From Telmatocola sphagniphila (lineage in GTDB: Bacteria > Planctomycetota > Planctomycetia > Gemmatales > Gemmataceae), in contig NZ_CP074694.1 in the NCBI RefSeq assembly GCF_018398935.1, positions 3,630,001 to 3,662,000 of the forward strand: a stretch of 32,000 bases of DNA, given 5' to 3'. The notes beneath the pieces were generated by a model. It was given only the letters and a program-made list of their open reading frames with translations. It ran no database searches and was not told where the DNA came from. Shown here piece by piece: positions 23,407 to 32,000 of the stretch. Within the stretch, counting starts at the first letter, position 1. Every line of letters begins with the position of its first letter. The position numbers and the translations under genes are program-made.

Positions 23407-25017
23407 ATGAATACCCTCTCCCTCAGCCGGTTAAAAACCCGCAGTTCCTTTTCGACGAAATCCTCCTCCCGAATGGAATTGACGCCCCTCGAAAGTCGGC
23501 TCGTTCCCTCCACCTGGTGGGTGACCAACAACCTGGACTCCGGGTATGGTCCCGATGTCCCGGGTTCGCTTCGCTGGGACAACGATCATGCTCAGAATGG
23601 CGACATCATTCGATTTGCTCAAAATGTGCGGGGAGACTCGATCCAGCTGACCGGCCCCAATTTGACCATAGCCCACAACATTGCGATTTACGGCTTTTCC
23701 AATGGAGCCCTCACCATACTGGGGCGGTCGGGCCTCTCCGAAGGGTTCAATACCAACATTTTTGTGGTCAACTCGGGATGCACGGCCACCATCTCCGGGT
23801 TCACGCTGTCGAATAGTCAGGCGGAAGGCACTTGGGGAGGAGCCGTTTCGAATTTTGGCAACCTGACCATGACCCAGTGCGTCATCTCCAACAATATCTC
23901 CGATAACTATACCGGCGGGATTTACAACGCCGGGACTTTACTTCTGGATCAGGTCAATTTCAACAACAATCAGGTGCTGGGCGTCGAGATAAAAGGTTTG
24001 GACCCCTACTATAAGCAAAGTCAGGGAGGGGCCATCGATGCGGCTCCCGGCTCCAACACCGATATTCTCAACTGCACATTTACTGGAAACGTTTCGAACG
24101 CCGGTGGCTATGGCGGGGGGTTCGCCTACGGAGGAGCCCTCTACACCGCCGGGAACACCAATATCAGCAACTGCACTTTTACTTCGAACTCTACCACAGC
24201 GGGAGGCGAACTCCAAGTCGGTGGAACAGAAGCGTTCGCAAGAGGAGGGGCCATTTACGCGGCCGGGGGTCGGTTATCGATCTGGGCATCCACTTTTGTG
24301 TCCAATTCCGCCTACATAGCCGCCTACCCGGGTCAGGAAGGATCCTCCAGTGCACAAGGGGGGGCCCTCTGGCAATCGGGAACCACGATCACCACAGTTG
24401 TGAATTCCACCTTTTCCGCGAACAGCGTGACGGCCGCGACCCCCGATGCCGCGGACTCGACCGGGTACCTGGCGGGAGGGACGATGTACAACGGCGGCGG
24501 CCTCCTGTCGATTCAGCAATCGACCGTGGTGGGGGGAACGGTATATATGATCGATCCCGACCCGAGTACGCCTTTCCCGTACTACAGCGTGAGGGCCAGC
24601 GGCGGAAATATCTATACCGACCCGACGGGGTGGTCCGCTGGAACCACGGTCACCGCGCTGTTGGATACCATCGTCGCGGAGGGGCGTGAGGACTATATCT
24701 CGGATGGGAAAAACTTTGCGGTCGTCCCTTCGGATATCCAAGGATACGTGGAATCGCTTGGCTACAACCTGATTCAGTCGACCGCCGGGGTTACGGCATT
24801 CGCCAACAATGTTACTGGGAATATTTATGGGGTGGATCCGGATCTCGGACCGCTCCAAAACAATGGCGGCAATACGGAAACCTTCGCTTTGCTATCGAAC
24901 AGCCCGGCTCTTCATGCGGGGATTTATCTCTCGAGAGTAGATCAGCGCGGGGAGCCCCGTTACCTGAACGATACGGATATGGGAGCGTTTCAGACACCTG
25001 AACCAAGATGCGGATGA
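23407..25017 (+). CDS. Right-handed beta-helix (Pmp-like repeat) protein with choice-of-anchor-Q-like C-terminus
   Basis: 536-aa ORF. N-terminus: basic/Ser-rich stretch, then LESRLVPSTWWVTNNLDSGYG..PGSLRW. It contains many repeats of the type GGAxxNxGxLxxxxCxFxxN. The C-terminal LGPLQNNGGNTETFALLSNSPALHAG motif is typical of choice-of-anchor Q domains. Confidence 0.7.
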   Translation: MNTLSLSRLKTRSSFSTKSSSRMELTPLESRLVPSTWWVTNNLDSGYGPDVPGSLRWDNDHAQNGDIIRFAQNVRGDSIQLTGPNLTIAHNIAIYGFSNGALTILGRSGLSEGFNTNIFVVNSGCTATISGFTLSNSQAEGTWGGAVSNFGNLTMTQCVISNNISDNYTGGIYNAGTLLLDQVNFNNNQVLGVEIKGLDPYYKQSQGGAIDAAPGSNTDILNCTFTGNVSNAGGYGGGFAYGGALYTAGNTNISNCTFTSNSTTAGGELQVGGTEAFARGGAIYAAGGRLSIWASTFVSNSAYIAAYPGQEGSSSAQGGALWQSGTTITTVVNSTFSANSVTAATPDAADSTGYLAGGTMYNGGGLLSIQQSTVVGGTVYMIDPDPSTPFPYYSVRASGGNIYTDPTGWSAGTTVTALLDTIVAEGREDYISDGKNFAVVPSDIQGYVESLGYNLIQSTAGVTAFANNVTGNIYGVDPDLGPLQNNGGNTETFALLSNSPALHAGIYLSRVDQRGEPRYLNDTDMGAFQTPEPRCG

Positions 25018-25125
25018 AGTAAACGAGAATTCAAAATTTTTTCACGGTTAGAAAATTGATGCAGCATTTCGGACAAGACCGGTGTCTACTATCTCAGTGT
25101 AAAACCGAGGGAGTAGGATACTCGA

Positions 25126-28100
25126 ATGACGACTTCTTTCGCCAAAATACTATCGAGCTACCAATCAAGCCTCAAAAGTGAATCGTCGAATCTCAGCGAT
25201 TCTCAATTGCTGGGCCGGTTCGTCCGAAATCGACAAGCTTTAGCATTCGAACTATTATTCTGGCGGCACAGTGCCCTGGTCTGGGGTGTCTGCCAAAGAA
25301 TATTGAGTAACACCGCGGATGCCGAGGATGCTTTTCAGGCCACTTTTTTAATTTTAGCCAGGCGAGCTTGCACGATTCGAACGGATACTTCTCTGGCAGC
25401 GTGGCTGCACAGGACCGCCTGGCGTACCGCTTTAAATGCCCGCCGCAGTCGGTCGCGAAGATACCGGAGCGAACTCGCCGCAGCCACTTACTCGCCGAGT
25501 TCGGTTCCAGACTCCAGCAAAAAAGCCATTTCTTCAGAAATCCAGGAATTAATCGATCGGGAAATCAATCGATTACCCGATTCCTTAAGGTCGATTTTCG
25601 TGCTCTGCGAACTGGAAGGTAAATCGACGAACATGGTCGGGGCCGAATTGGGTATCCCGACTGGATCGGTGCGTTCCTATTTGACTCGAGCCAAGGAGAG
25701 ATTAAGAACAAGGCTGCAACGTCGCGGAATCGCTTGGGCCTCTTTGCCAATTGCAATCGTTCCCAGTGAAGTTTCCGCGGCAGCATCGCAAATTCTCACT
25801 TGTAGAGTGTCGCTAACAGTTCTTGAATTCGCCGCTGGGGCCACGGTCCTGGCCCTTAAAAAAATGGTTCTATTGGCATCGACCCTATTGCTAGTCACAG
25901 CGGGTATGGCTTATGGAGCTATACATTTTCACGCGAGTTATCTCGGAAATCCGAAGTTGAAAATATCAGATCCAGTATCCGAGAAGAAAAATGACGGGAA
26001 AAATTTTGGGGGTGACGCGAATTCGATGGAGGACAAACTGCCGGAAGGAGTACTGAAACGGATAGGAAGTTCGAGATTTCGAATGAGCGAACCCAGTTGG
26101 GATCTCGCGGTTTCACCGGATGGCAAGTGGCTCGCTTCGAATGCTGGCTTAATAATCTGGAATGCTCAGACAGGGAAAGTTCATTTAAAGATCCCACAAA
26201 TTGATACTTATCTTTCCTGGAATCGGATTGCAAAGTTCGATTCTGAATCCAAGAAGATTTTTTTAATTGATAATATCGCTTTTCGATGCTGGGACGCGAT
26301 CAAAGGCAAAGAGATTTATTCTGTACGCTTGAGAGACGAAGATAATGAAGAGAAGTATCTTATAGCATCGCAGTTCGCCAGGAGCAAGGAGGTGGCCGTC
26401 CTTATTTGGGATAATGGAAAATTTGAGATTCGTAGTACTGATTCGGGCCAAATCATCCGAAAGGGACAGCATCCATTCGTCCAAAATCCGCAAGTACCCT
26501 CACTGGTCCAAAGTCGTAGCATAAACGTCTCCATTTCGGACGACGGCGAAGTCTTCTTCTTAAAAAAAAGATTGGACCTACACGACAACAATGCGAAACC
26601 CACTTATCTCTTTAGCGATTCTAAAGGAAACCTAGAGCTCGATGATTGCTTGAAAGAGATTACAGATATCTCAAAATCTTTCTTTTTACCGAAAGAGAAG
26701 AAGTTGTTGGCAATCTTTAAAGACGAGGCGAGAGAATACAAGACACGTCTGGCAATTTTCGATCTGAAATTAAAAACCTGGTCCACGGATCTTAAACTCG
26801 ATCAGGGTTACGATACGTTCTCGCTATCGCCGGATGGAAAAACTCTTGCATTAACTTCCCAACGGCTCGATGCGTTTACGTTTGTCGATATCGCTTCCAT
26901 GAAAGAAATCGAAAAAATAAATGCGGATGGGCGCGCAGTTACCATGGCATTCTCTCCCGATGGAAAGTACCTTTATTATTGTTCCACTAGCGATACCATT
27001 AAGATCCTGGACTTGAAAAATAAGAACTTACATCCCCTTTCCTCGGACAATTTCTATGGGGGGAAGTTTTCAAACTCTGGCAACGAAATAATCTTTTACG
27101 GGGATTACCGCGAAAAAATCGACTGGGAATCTGGAAAGAAAATTCAATTTGGCAAACAGAAATCTTTAGACCCAAGATTTCGGCTCTACAATTGGTCTCA
27201 AAATGATCGCTATAAACTCGAACCGGATTATGAAAATAATTCGTTAAATATCAAAGACTCCCTCAGTAGCAAATCTCTCAAAATTCCGGATCTAGCTGAT
27301 TTTCAATATCATGCATTTTCTTGTGATGGATCACGCCTTGCTTTGTTGGATAAAAACGGCTCCAATTCGCATGTATACGTTTGGGATTTGGTAAAAAATC
27401 GGCAAATATTCCAGCTTGGAAATGCTCAATTTGGCCTCGTGCAGAAACTTTTATTATCTCCCGATGGCAAAAGATTATTTGTGTGTCAATCAAAAATGGA
27501 CGAACCCGTATCGGGCTTGCATTCCGAAGATGTCATTGATGTTTGGGGTGTTGACCAACAAAAACTACTGAATAAATGGAATACCGGAGGAGTTAACGGA
27601 ACTGGAATCTCTTCCGATGGTCAAATTGTTGCAATCAGTGAAAATGAGTACACCACAACCAACGAAGGCAGTGGTTACCTATTTCGTATTCAGATTCGAG
27701 ATTCTCAAAGCGGGAACCTGCATAGAAAATGGGAAGTAGGTAAGAGTGCAGGGAAAAAATTGGATAATTTCCGGGACTGGAGACCCTTTTTTACTTTTTC
27801 CTTTAGTTCAGTCCTCCCCTACAGCACAAACGATTTAGCGTTCTCCCCCGACAATCACTTCTTACTAAGCACCAACGCATATGGAGATATCCATCTCTGG
27901 GAGATATCTTCCGGCGAATTATTGCACACCTACCACGGGCATACTACCCACGTCTATCACTCAGAATTTTCCCCCGATGGCCGGCTTTTGCTCTCCTTCA
28001 GCCAGGAAGCCCCAGGCTTTCTCTGGGAAGTGTTTCCCAAGACCACTACCGCAGTAGATCCGAAAAAAGATTGGGAGGCTCTGGCCTCGACGGACGGGAA

Positions 28101-28479
28101 AGTCGTTTTCGAAGTCATGCGAAAGATGATCCACAATCCCCGATCAACGATCGATTTACTGAAGTCGGAAGAGTCCGCGATCAAATCGAACGAGAAAAAT
28201 CGAGTTTTGGATTTAATCCACGATTTGAGTGATAACAGCTTCCGAGTGCGGGAAAGAGCATCAAAGGAACTTGCGATGAATAGCGCAGTCTGGGCTCCCC
28301 TACTCGAAAAAGAAGTGAAACATACCTCCGCGGAGGTCCGGCAACGGTTGAGAGCAATTCTCGAAGCGGAAAGGCATTATTCTCCCGAAAATCTTCGTGT
28401 ACTTCGGGCGCAAACAATTCTCGAGTCCATTGGAACTCCTGAAGCACGGAAAGTTCTACCGAATTGGAAGATGGATTGA
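25126..28479 (+). CDS. ECF-type sigma-70 family factor fused through one TM helix to a WD40-like beta-propeller and a C-terminal helical repeat
   Basis: 1117-aa ORF. Sigma region 2 reads FELLFWRHSALVWGVCQRILSNTADAEDAFQATFLILARRA. Region 4 reads LPDSLRSIFVLCELEGKSTNMVGAELGIPTGSVRSYLTRAKERLR. The TM helix is MVLLASTLLLVTAGMAYGAIHF. At least 7 blades carry the SPDG signature (VSPDGKWLAS, LSPDGKTLAL, FSPDGKYLYY, FSCDGSRLAL, LSPDGKRLFV, ISSDGQIVAI, FSPDGRLLLS). The tail reads SFRVRERASKELA...AEVRQRLRAILE. Confidence 0.85.
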   Translation: MTTSFAKILSSYQSSLKSESSNLSDSQLLGRFVRNRQALAFELLFWRHSALVWGVCQRILSNTADAEDAFQATFLILARRACTIRTDTSLAAWLHRTAWRTALNARRSRSRRYRSELAAATYSPSSVPDSSKKAISSEIQELIDREINRLPDSLRSIFVLCELEGKSTNMVGAELGIPTGSVRSYLTRAKERLRTRLQRRGIAWASLPIAIVPSEVSAAASQILTCRVSLTVLEFAAGATVLALKKMVLLASTLLLVTAGMAYGAIHFHASYLGNPKLKISDPVSEKKNDGKNFGGDANSMEDKLPEGVLKRIGSSRFRMSEPSWDLAVSPDGKWLASNAGLIIWNAQTGKVHLKIPQIDTYLSWNRIAKFDSESKKIFLIDNIAFRCWDAIKGKEIYSVRLRDEDNEEKYLIASQFARSKEVAVLIWDNGKFEIRSTDSGQIIRKGQHPFVQNPQVPSLVQSRSINVSISDDGEVFFLKKRLDLHDNNAKPTYLFSDSKGNLELDDCLKEITDISKSFFLPKEKKLLAIFKDEAREYKTRLAIFDLKLKTWSTDLKLDQGYDTFSLSPDGKTLALTSQRLDAFTFVDIASMKEIEKINADGRAVTMAFSPDGKYLYYCSTSDTIKILDLKNKNLHPLSSDNFYGGKFSNSGNEIIFYGDYREKIDWESGKKIQFGKQKSLDPRFRLYNWSQNDRYKLEPDYENNSLNIKDSLSSKSLKIPDLADFQYHAFSCDGSRLALLDKNGSNSHVYVWDLVKNRQIFQLGNAQFGLVQKLLLSPDGKRLFVCQSKMDEPVSGLHSEDVIDVWGVDQQKLLNKWNTGGVNGTGISSDGQIVAISENEYTTTNEGSGYLFRIQIRDSQSGNLHRKWEVGKSAGKKLDNFRDWRPFFTFSFSSVLPYSTNDLAFSPDNHFLLSTNAYGDIHLWEISSGELLHTYHGHTTHVYHSEFSPDGRLLLSFSQEAPGFLWEVFPKTTTAVDPKKDWEALASTDGKVVFEVMRKMIHNPRSTIDLLKSEESAIKSNEKNRVLDLIHDLSDNSFRVRERASKELAMNSAVWAPLLEKEVKHTSAEVRQRLRAILEAERHYSPENLRVLRAQTILESIGTPEARKVLPNWKMD

Positions 28480-28779
28480 GTTTCGATTGCCGTTTAAAGC
28501 GTATCCGATTGTAACAAGTGCGTTCCACTCCGCCAACCTCCGCCAACCTTCGCCCTCCTCGCAAAACCACACAGTTCGATCTCCCCTCACTTGAACCTCC
28601 CGCCGTACTTGAATCTCCCTCCCCACAAGACTCGGAATTGACAGGATGGATAAGCTGGCTAGAATTCTGTGTCTAAACCTAAGTTCACGGACTGGGGAAT
28701 TCCTGGCGGGCTCGGGTACCACTCGCAGCCACACCGGTCGAATATTTCCCCCAGAAATCCGAGTTTCCTCTGATCCTGA

Positions 28780-30279
28780 GTGGCCAACGTGTCTGACCCG
28801 ACGAACCCCAATCCCGCCCCCGATGCCGATCTCGCTTCCTTCCGCTTGGAAAAGCTCAAGAAAATCGAGGCACTCGGGATCGATCCCTGGGGTGGCCGAT
28901 TCGACGGACATGTCGCCATCGAGAAAATTCGCGAACTGAAAGCAGGCTCCTTCGACGAACCCGATCTTCCTGTGGTTCGTGCGGCGGGGCGTATCGTCGG
29001 CCGTCGAGGGATGGGCAAGGTCCACTTCCTGGAGCTCTGGGATCAGACCGGCAAAATCCAGGTCATGCTCGGCCAGAAGCAGATCGGCGACCTCGGCTGG
29101 CAACTGGCCAATCTCCTGGACCGAGGCGATCTCATCGGCGTCGAAGGCCAGTTCGGCCGAACCAAGACCGGGGAACTGACCATCCGGGCCAACGGGGATA
29201 AGAGTCTGACGATACTATCCAAGTCGCTCGAACCGCATCCGACGAATTACTATGGCATGTCCGATATGGAATATCGGCTGCGGCACCGCTATCTCGATCT
29301 GGTTTACACGCCGGAAACTTTGCAGCGGGCCAAGCAGAGGATTTTGATCCTTCGCACTATTCGCGATTACCTCAACAACATCGGCTTCAACGAAGTCGAA
29401 ACGCCGACTTTGCACAGTATCGCCGGGGGTGCGGCCGCCCGACCCTTTACGACGCATCATAATGCTCTGGATATTCCGCTATTCCTCCGCATTGCTCTGG
29501 AACTGCACCTGAAACGGCTCCTGGTTGGGGGTATCGAGAAGGTCTACGAAATTGGCCGGGTGTTCCGCAACGAGGGGATCAGCCACAAGCACAATCCGGA
29601 ATTCACCATGATGGAACTGTACGAGGCGTACAGCGACTATCGGGGAATGATGGATCTGACCGAGGGGATTATCGTCGCCTGCGTCGATGCCATCGGCGGC
29701 GGACGCGTTCGGCCTTGGGGCGATAAGCAGGTCGATTTCACGCCGCCCTGGAAGCGGGCCAGCTATTCTGAATTGTTTTCCGAGCATGTCGGCTGTTCGC
29801 TCGAAGATCCGGTGGCCGTGCTGGAAGCGGCTCGCAAGAACAAGCTGGAAATCGGCAATAAAGAACACGACGTGCTCGTGCAGGAATTATTTGAGAAGTG
29901 CGTAGAAGACGCTCTTGTTGGCCCGGTATTCGTTTACGACTACCCGGCGGCCTTGTGCCCGCTGACCAAACGTAAGTTCGGCAATCCGAAATTGGCCGAG
30001 CGTTTCGAACTCTACGTTCACGGCATGGAACTGGCCAACGCCTATACCGAATTGAACGATCCGATCACACAGGAAGAGACTTTCAAGAAGCAACTGGTGG
30101 GGATGTCGGAAGAGGACAGCATGGCCAAGATGGACGATGATTTCGTCCGGGCGCTGCGACATGGCATGCCGCCAGCGGGCGGCCTGGGCATTGGAATCGA
30201 CCGACTCGTGATGCTATTGACCAATACCCCCAGTATACGCGATATTATCCTCTTCCCACTGCTGCGCCCTGAGGTGTAG
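28780..30279 (+). CDS. lysS: Lysine--tRNA ligase (class II)
   Basis: 499-aa ORF with a GTG start. OB-fold: VRAAGRIVGRRGMGKVHFLELWDQTGKIQV. Class II motifs: FRNEGISHKHNPEFTMMELYEAY, ELANAYTELNDP and GGLGIGIDRLVMLL. Confidence 0.9.
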   Translation: MANVSDPTNPNPAPDADLASFRLEKLKKIEALGIDPWGGRFDGHVAIEKIRELKAGSFDEPDLPVVRAAGRIVGRRGMGKVHFLELWDQTGKIQVMLGQKQIGDLGWQLANLLDRGDLIGVEGQFGRTKTGELTIRANGDKSLTILSKSLEPHPTNYYGMSDMEYRLRHRYLDLVYTPETLQRAKQRILILRTIRDYLNNIGFNEVETPTLHSIAGGAAARPFTTHHNALDIPLFLRIALELHLKRLLVGGIEKVYEIGRVFRNEGISHKHNPEFTMMELYEAYSDYRGMMDLTEGIIVACVDAIGGGRVRPWGDKQVDFTPPWKRASYSELFSEHVGCSLEDPVAVLEAARKNKLEIGNKEHDVLVQELFEKCVEDALVGPVFVYDYPAALCPLTKRKFGNPKLAERFELYVHGMELANAYTELNDPITQEETFKKQLVGMSEEDSMAKMDDDFVRALRHGMPPAGGLGIGIDRLVMLLTNTPSIRDIILFPLLRPEV

Positions 30280-30375
30280 GCAGTCCGCGGACAGCATAGG
30301 TCGATGCACTTACCCGAATGGAGTCGGGCGGATAGGCAATATAGCTAAACGGCTGATCGCCAACCGCTGCCTGCT

Positions 30376-31815
30376 ATGTACAAGTTCATTCTCTGTTGCC
30401 GGTATCTACGAACTCGCTTTCTGGCGCTGGTTTGCATCGTCAGCGTGATGCTCGGCGTCGCCACCCTGATCGTCGTCAATTCGGTCATGAGCGGCTTCAG
30501 CACGAAGCTACGCGATCGCCTTCACAAAATGATTTCCGATGTGGTCATCGAATCGCCCAATGTCCAGGGCTTTCCCATGTCGGTCGAGCGAATGCTGAAG
30601 AAGATTCAGGAATCGCCGATCGGCCCCGAAATCGAAGCGATGGCACCCACCATCGAAACCGTCGCCATGGTGCAGTTTCGCTATCCCAATGGCGAGAACG
30701 GACTTCGACCGGTCCACATCATCGGCTGCAATCCTAAACAGCTTTCGGCCGTGGGAGGATTCGGGCAATATCTGGTGCAGCCGGAACGGCGAATCGATCC
30801 CAGTTTCGAACTTACTGAAGAAGCCAAAAAACGCTACGACTTCCTCTATCCGCCGGCTCACAAGCTGCCGGATTTGCAAAAACCGCCACTGGGCGCCCCA
30901 CAGGCTAATGGCGATCCACCGTTGCCGCCGGTGATGCCGCCGCCGGAATTAGACCGTTCGCTGCCCGGCATCATTGTCGGTTATGCGATGGCCAGCTATC
31001 GGGACACCGATCCGGACACCGGCATCCTTCAGGAAAATTTTGTCATCCATCCCGGCGATGTGATGCAAATCATGACCATGGGTGTGGGTAAAGAGAATCC
31101 GGAGCCGGTCTATTCCAGTTTCATTGTCTGCGACTATATGAAGACGGAACTGGGCGATCAGGATTCCAATTTCGTGTTCGTGGATATCGACTACCTGGCC
31201 CGACTGCGGGGAATGGATGGCTCGGCAAGCACCATTCAAATCAAGTTGAAGAATTACGAACACGCCTCGCATGTGGTGGCAGAACTCGAAAGATTGTTCC
31301 CGAAGAGTGCCGGCTATTTCATCAACCGCTGGGAAGACAAACAATCGGCATTGCTTTCGGCGATCGATGTGGAGCGTGGCATTCTCAACATCCTGCTGTT
31401 TATGATCGTCGGGGTGGCCGGGTTCGGTATTCTGGCGATCTTCTCCATGATCGTCGTCGAGAAGACCCGCGACATCGGCATCATGAAATCTCTGGGGGCT
31501 TCGAACCGGGGCATCATGTGTATCTTCCTCAGCTATGGGTTCTTACTCGGTTTAGTGGGCAGCGTGCTGGGAAGTACTCTCGGCGTGCTGATCACCCGAA
31601 ACATCAATGTGATCGAGCATAAAATCAGCGAGATTACGCATCGCGAAATTTTCCCGCGCAGCGTCTACTATTTCGATGAGATCCCTACGAATATTCAGAT
31701 GACGAATGTCGGGTTGATCGACATCGGGGCGATCGCCATCGCCGTGTTCTTCAGTATTCTGCCGGCATTGCGTGCCGCCTGGTTGAATCCGGTGAAGGCG
31801 CTGCGATTCGAGTAA
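30376..31815 (+). CDS. LolC/LolE-family lipoprotein-release ABC transporter permease (FtsX-like)
   Basis: 479-aa ORF. It has an N-terminal TM segment (FLALVCIVSVMLGVATLIVVNSVMSGF), a large periplasmic loop, and a C-terminal FtsX-type bundle (ILLFMIVGVAGFGILAIFSMIVVEKTRDIGIMKSLGAS ... LRAAWLNPVKALRFE). Confidence 0.8.
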   Translation: MYKFILCCRYLRTRFLALVCIVSVMLGVATLIVVNSVMSGFSTKLRDRLHKMISDVVIESPNVQGFPMSVERMLKKIQESPIGPEIEAMAPTIETVAMVQFRYPNGENGLRPVHIIGCNPKQLSAVGGFGQYLVQPERRIDPSFELTEEAKKRYDFLYPPAHKLPDLQKPPLGAPQANGDPPLPPVMPPPELDRSLPGIIVGYAMASYRDTDPDTGILQENFVIHPGDVMQIMTMGVGKENPEPVYSSFIVCDYMKTELGDQDSNFVFVDIDYLARLRGMDGSASTIQIKLKNYEHASHVVAELERLFPKSAGYFINRWEDKQSALLSAIDVERGILNILLFMIVGVAGFGILAIFSMIVVEKTRDIGIMKSLGASNRGIMCIFLSYGFLLGLVGSVLGSTLGVLITRNINVIEHKISEITHREIFPRSVYYFDEIPTNIQMTNVGLIDIGAIAIAVFFSILPALRAAWLNPVKALRFE

Positions 31816-31875
31816 GAGTGGTTTCGGGTCCAAGATGTCGACGGACGTCCCGTGGTTCGAAGAAATGGAATTTCG

Positions 31876-32000
31876 ATGCTAAAAGCAACAGGCCTCTGCA
31901 AAACCTACCACCGGCATGCCGACACCGTGAAGGTTCTGACCGATCTTTCCCTGGAGGTCGCCGACAATGAATTTCTCAGCATTGTTGGGGCCTCCGGCTC
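31876..32000 (+). CDS. lolD: ABC transporter ATP-binding protein, probable LolD (5' part only)
   Basis: ATG 31876 gives MLKATGLCKTYHRHADTVKVLTDLSLEVADNEFLSIVGASG-, running into the Walker A loop at the window edge. It lies directly downstream of the LolC/E-like permease. Confidence 0.7.
   Translation, partial: MLKATGLCKTYHRHADTVKVLTDLSLEVADNEFLSIVGASG

Noticed and set aside
28456-29103. 215-aa minus-strand ORF overlapping the lysS 5' region, and 24274-24858 (minus) inside the beta-helix gene
   Set aside because: They are antisense shadows of well-supported plus-strand genes. The products are Arg/Gly/Pro-rich with no motifs.

Overview
The window looks like chromosomal DNA from a Planctomycetota bacterium, probably Gemmataceae-like. 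This is inferred from the DUF1559 prepilin-type proteins, an ECF sigma-TM-WD40 fusion, an N-terminal LExRLVPS motif and a GC-rich coding background. Layout: (i) 1-7206 holds six closely spaced minus-strand genes: a hypothetical protein, an M48 metallopeptidase, an RraA-like protein, a short 684-aa SecA paralogue, an OmpR-type response regulator and a histidine kinase. The kinase is ATGA-coupled to the regulator, runs off the left edge and is absent from the ORF track. (ii) 7583-9118 encodes a secreted transglutaminase-like protein. (iii) About 9.2-13.4 kb is a diverged tandem duplication of a two-gene cassette (DUF1559 pseudopilin-like protein plus small lipoprotein). The duplication includes conserved leader motifs and an intercistronic hairpin with one compensatory base-pair change. 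(iv) Housekeeping genes follow: metG preceded by a BFD-like [2Fe-2S] protein, and a PmoA/DUF6807-like protein. (v) About 16.5-23.4 kb is a low-GC accessory island. It contains a strongly diverged DUF1559-like gene without the prepilin motif. It also has two ~675-bp direct repeats that each carry the same 5'-truncated rve transposase remnant plus a 98-bp AATTCGG-rich unit (doubled in copy A), and a small AT-rich membrane protein between the repeats. The rest of the island is a start-less EndoU-like toxin C-terminal module (not in the ORF track) ATGA-coupled to an intact immunity-like gene, and an apparently intact IS1380-family element. (vi) Next come a beta-helix, choice-of-anchor-Q-like protein and a 1117-aa ECF sigma-TM-beta-propeller fusion. 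(vii) The window ends with lysS, lolC/E and the start of lolD. I found no rRNA, tRNA or CRISPR array. All family assignments come from motif recognition by eye and need HMM or BLAST confirmation.
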